Position numbers and translations under genes: made by a program
Shown here: positions 60,876-64,000 of the stretch, one piece after another
Position numbering within the stretch: position 1 is the stretch's first letter
How the letters are laid out: each line of letters begins with the position of its first letter
The notes under the pieces: model-generated
The model's database searches: none
Told to the model about the DNA's origin: nothing
What the model saw: only the letters and a program-made list of their open reading frames with translations
Source: Thainema sp.
GTDB taxonomy: Bacteria; Cyanobacteriota; Cyanobacteriia; Phormidesmidales; Phormidesmidaceae
DNA: 64,000 nucleotides
Direction of reading: 5' to 3'
NCBI GenBank assembly: GCA_052168235.1
Contig: JBQLZK010000003.1
Span: forward strand, 64,001-128,000

Positions 60876-62948
60876 CTATTCCCGATCAACCCTTAATACT
60901 TCTGTCCAGGTATGCTCATTGGCGCTTGGCTTCACCAGCGGATAGGTGCGCCCGTGCAGATGAATGTCATCCAGCTCGGCATCAGGTTTGGCCGTATAGT
61001 AAACCAGCACATATTCAGCTGCGATCGCACTATCCATTTCAGTTTCCACTTCACCGCGCCACTGGGTTTTGCTGACCAGGACGATCAGTTGATCGGCCAG
61101 TTGGGTGATTGCCTGGGCAATATTGCGCCGATTCAGTTCGTCCAAGCTGCCAAAGGGCGAATCCATCACCACTGGGAAGCCGCCGCTGTCTAATCCTAGC
61201 GCTGAATGCTTCTGACTCCAGTAGCGCACCCGCTCAATCACGCTGCCGATAAAGGCCAAGCTGAGGATTTGATTCTGCCCCGTAGAGGCGGCAACGGGCA
61301 CTCCTTCCGCCTGGGCCGGATCGACCAGCATCAGCTCGTAGTCCTCCGTCAGCTTCGGCAGGTAGGAGGTAAACGAAATCGACCGCCAAATTTCCCGCAC
61401 TTTCTCCTCCAGCTTGGCCCGAAAGGCCAAATCCACCCGCCGCGTCACTTCTTCCAGCCGCTCCACGGCATCTTGGGCGGCGGCAATTTGGCGCTTGACC
61501 CGAGCCTGCTCCTTATCTTTGGCCTTGTGCTCTTTAATTTGCTTATTCGCCGCCAGAATATCGCCATCTAGTCGCTGAATCGCTTCATCTACGCGGCTGT
61601 CCTCCCGATGCAGATCAATAATCCGCAGTTCAATATTTTCCAGCCGCTGCTCCATGCCCTGCACATTGACATCTTCATTGCCCTTGAGCTGCTCTCGAAT
61701 CGCCGCCAGCTTATCCTCGGTTGCGCCAATCTGCCGCCGCAGGTTGTCAATACTGGCCTGCTCCTGCTCAATCTCGGCCCAAAACTCCGGCACCTGCCGC
61801 TCCCAGGTTCTCACATCGCCATTGAGCGCCAGCACCGATTCTTCCACATCCTGTAGTCCCGCCCGATTCAGCCAGGTTTCCACCTGATGACGATGCTCGC
61901 TCTCCGGCGTCAGCGGCGCACCGCAGATACAGCGCTGATCATCCAGCAAATCCTGGACAAACTGCTGCTTAATCCCGGCGGGCAGTTCCCCCCGCTGGCG
62001 CAGGTCGTTGGCTAGGTTGCGAAACTGCGCGATCGCACTATCCAGAAACACCACATAGCCCCGCGCCGAAATCGTTCGCCGCAGCCGATCTTCACTGCGC
62101 TCCAGCTGGCGGGTCAGCTCATTCTGCTGACGGTCGAGGTCATCCCGTCGCCCCTGAATTTCGCCCACGCTGGCCAAATCGCGCAACTGGGCGCTGATGC
62201 GCTCCTTCAGTTCCTGCTGATTGTCCAGCTCAACCGCGATTTCCTCTTTGCGCTTCACCTGCTGATCGCGCTGCTCCTCCAGCAGGGCCTTGTCGGCCAG
62301 TAACCGCTGCGTTTCCGAATCGCCAATATCCCGCAGCTCCCGCTCCAGTGCCCGCCGCGCATCGTCCAAATGCCGCACCGAGCGCTCCAGCACTTCCACG
62401 CTCAGCAGCGTTTTAATCGCCCGCGCCATGTCGGCCTTGTTTTCCGACTTGACGATCCGCTCAATCCGCTCACCGTCAAAGAAAAAGTAGCGATGCAAAC
62501 TCTGCGGCAGCACCAAGCCAATCGCCGCTTCCACCTCATCTTCCGGCTGAGGCTTGCCGTTGATTGTCAGCTGTAGCGCACTTTCCGTCTCGGAAACTTC
62601 CCCATCCGCAGGTTTGCTTTTGGTCGATTTGGGCTTAACCTGCGATCGCAGTCTCTTGGCCTGGTACAGCTTGCCATTATGCTCAAACGCCACTTCCACC
62701 CAGCAGTCTACCGACTTGCCAGCCTTAGCCTCCGCCACAGCACGACTGTTTACCATTGGCCCCGGCGCAAAAGCGGCACTGGTTTCGCCATACAGCACCC
62801 AGGTAAACGCATTCAGCAGCGTCGTTTTGCCTGCCCCATTGTTACCGTGAATCACCGTCGTGCGGCGCTCCCCCTGATAGGCCAGTTCCAGTTCCACCTC
62901 TCCCCAAAACTGCCGAAAATTAAAGAGCTTGAGCGACATCAGCTTCAT
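60876..62948 (-). CDS. DndD-like SMC/Rad50-type ABC ATPase with central CxC
   Basis: NFRQF, Walker A GNNGAGKTT, YFFFDGERI, long coiled coils with RCICG, signature ASTGQNQ, Walker B VMDSPFGSLD. Confidence 0.88.
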   Translation of the reverse strand: MKLMSLKLFNFRQFWGEVELELAYQGERRTTVIHGNNGAGKTTLLNAFTWVLYGETSAAFAPGPMVNSRAVAEAKAGKSVDCWVEVAFEHNGKLYQAKRLRSQVKPKSTKSKPADGEVSETESALQLTINGKPQPEDEVEAAIGLVLPQSLHRYFFFDGERIERIVKSENKADMARAIKTLLSVEVLERSVRHLDDARRALERELRDIGDSETQRLLADKALLEEQRDQQVKRKEEIAVELDNQQELKERISAQLRDLASVGEIQGRRDDLDRQQNELTRQLERSEDRLRRTISARGYVVFLDSAIAQFRNLANDLRQRGELPAGIKQQFVQDLLDDQRCICGAPLTPESEHRHQVETWLNRAGLQDVEESVLALNGDVRTWERQVPEFWAEIEQEQASIDNLRRQIGATEDKLAAIREQLKGNEDVNVQGMEQRLENIELRIIDLHREDSRVDEAIQRLDGDILAANKQIKEHKAKDKEQARVKRQIAAAQDAVERLEEVTRRVDLAFRAKLEEKVREIWRSISFTSYLPKLTEDYELMLVDPAQAEGVPVAASTGQNQILSLAFIGSVIERVRYWSQKHSALGLDSGGFPVVMDSPFGSLDELNRRNIAQAITQLADQLIVLVSKTQWRGEVETEMDSAIAAEYVLVYYTAKPDAELDDIHLHGRTYPLVKPSANEHTWTEVLRVDRE

Positions 62949-63115
62949 CGAACCGTTTCCTTAATAATCCGCAGCACGTCGGCCTTGATGCGCGGTCGAT
63001 CAATCGCCAGATGCGCCTTCTCAAGCTGAATCACATCCCGAATGATTTTCTCCACCTTCGGCGGCGCAGTTTTGATCGGTTCTTCGATTTCGCTTTGGGG
63101 ATTCTTGGCAGACAT
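62945..63115 (-). CDS. Small protein (56 aa) translationally coupled to the ATPase
   Basis: MSAKNPQSEIEEPIKTAPPKVEKIIRDVIQLEKAHLAIDRPRIKADVLRIIKETVR*; ATGA overlap with the ATPase start. Confidence 0.75.
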   Translation of the reverse strand: MSAKNPQSEIEEPIKTAPPKVEKIIRDVIQLEKAHLAIDRPRIKADVLRIIKETVR

Positions 63116-63419
63116 GGAGTGAGGAGTAGTAGATGAGCAGTTTCGGTTGAGCAAACCATGAAACCCAGCACCAGCATAGGTTCCATTATTGTTAGCTTAT
63201 CCTACACACTCTAATTCAGTTTTACTAGTGCGATCGCACTTCCTAACTAGATACAAAGCGCGATCGCACCCACTCATCAACACAAAACCGATCACCTTCA
63301 ACTTACCTTCGACGAGGTCCAGGACGGTCGTTCGTCCTGGTCGAAGGGGTCTGGGGGCAATCGAAATGCCCCCAGTAGCCAGGTTCTACAACCCCTCAAC
63401 TATCATCAAACGCATCCCA

Positions 63420-63653
63420 TTACGGCATCGTTCGCTTCCGACTCATCACGCTGATGTACTCCCCACTGCGACCCGTCGGCAGCGGCTTACTCCAGGCAAT
63501 GCGATCGCAATAGCCCAGCGCATCCAAACGATGAATGGCATCGGTCAGTGCAGAGTAGTCGCCGAGCAGAATATGGCGAACGGTTTCCTGATTGAAGGTT
63601 GGCAAGCTGAAGGCGGGAGAGACAGTAGCCTCTCCGGTGGGTGATTGAAACAT
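63420..63653 (-). CDS. Small cyanobacterial hypothetical protein (77 aa)
   Basis: ATG 63653 preceded by GGAGA; VRHILLG...AIHRLDALGYCDRIAWSKPLPT...GEYISVM resembles a recurrent cyanobacterial family. Confidence 0.72.
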   Translation of the reverse strand: MFQSPTGEATVSPAFSLPTFNQETVRHILLGDYSALTDAIHRLDALGYCDRIAWSKPLPTGRSGEYISVMSRKRTMP

Positions 63654-64000
63654 ACGGGTGTCTCCGTTTTCAACTAAAGGAAAACGGGGAACTATCCAGA
63701 TCCCTATTTGATGCGGTAAAGGCAAGATAGCAGGACTAAAATGATCCCAGTCATCTCGACTTACCTAGGTTAAGTTGGGATGATCAGGAGATTTGGGAGG
63801 TGGCACCCTCTCAGATCTCCGCCTAGAATCATTCCCCGCAAGACTAAAAGTATCAAGAAGCAGCTAGGCAGTTCAACCGTATTTATCTGTTTGTAAGGAT
63901 TAGGTTTGGAACTGCTGACTTGAAGCGGTTTTGTTTGGGTACATGGGAGTGCGATCGCACTTCCCCAAACTAAAACCGCGATCGCACCTTTCCAATCCAA

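Larger units (their letters stand above)
1..64000. repeat. HIP1 octamer GCGATCGC dispersed throughout
   Basis: Dozens of copies in coding and non-coding DNA, often as TGCGATCGCA. Confidence 0.95.

Noticed and set aside
60876..62948. Calling the ATPase dndD, sbcC or recN outright
   Set aside because: No dndC/dndE or sbcD neighbour and non-canonical hook and signature; only 'DndD-like' is supportable
1..64000. CRISPR array, tRNA, rRNA, integrase or transposase
   Set aside because: No regularly spaced repeat-spacer units, cloverleaf or recognisable recombinase ORF found by eye
63770..64000. 76-aa minus-strand ORF at the window edge
   Set aside because: Made of HIP1-derived AIA peptides and overlaps the structured leader; probably non-coding

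Overview
Chromosomal window from a cyanobacterium (very frequent HIP1 octamer GCGATCGC, STRR-type tandem repeats, crr7, phylloquinone men genes, ferredoxin-sulfite reductase); gene content suggests a filamentous Leptolyngbya/Nodosilinea-like strain, but that is inference. Mostly housekeeping and stress genes: mfd (5'-truncated), tag, menA-menC-menE, gcvT, cobK, sir, treZ-treY-trehalase, a group-2 sigma factor, apt, corA, tadA, ilvN, sodN-sodX and iscA. There are two accessory regions. At 3.9-7.3 kb: a frameshifted NACHT gene, tandem XRE regulators and a divergent small gene. At 58.5-63.1 kb: a minus-strand operon with small ORF, DndD-like CxC SMC ATPase, queD, queE, Uma2 nuclease and dnd-associated protein 4. 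This operon is the best candidate for an undescribed system (Dnd-type machinery coupled to 7-deazaguanine precursor synthesis, possibly DNA modification/defence). Also notable: a PirA-like fusion gene under a consensus NtcA box, a candidate Yfr1-like sRNA, an RHH-like tail on Sir, nested MITEs with intact TSDs and many long hairpins with 3-nt loops. No rRNA, tRNA, CRISPR array or transposase was seen. All family calls come from visual motif recognition; no database searches were run.
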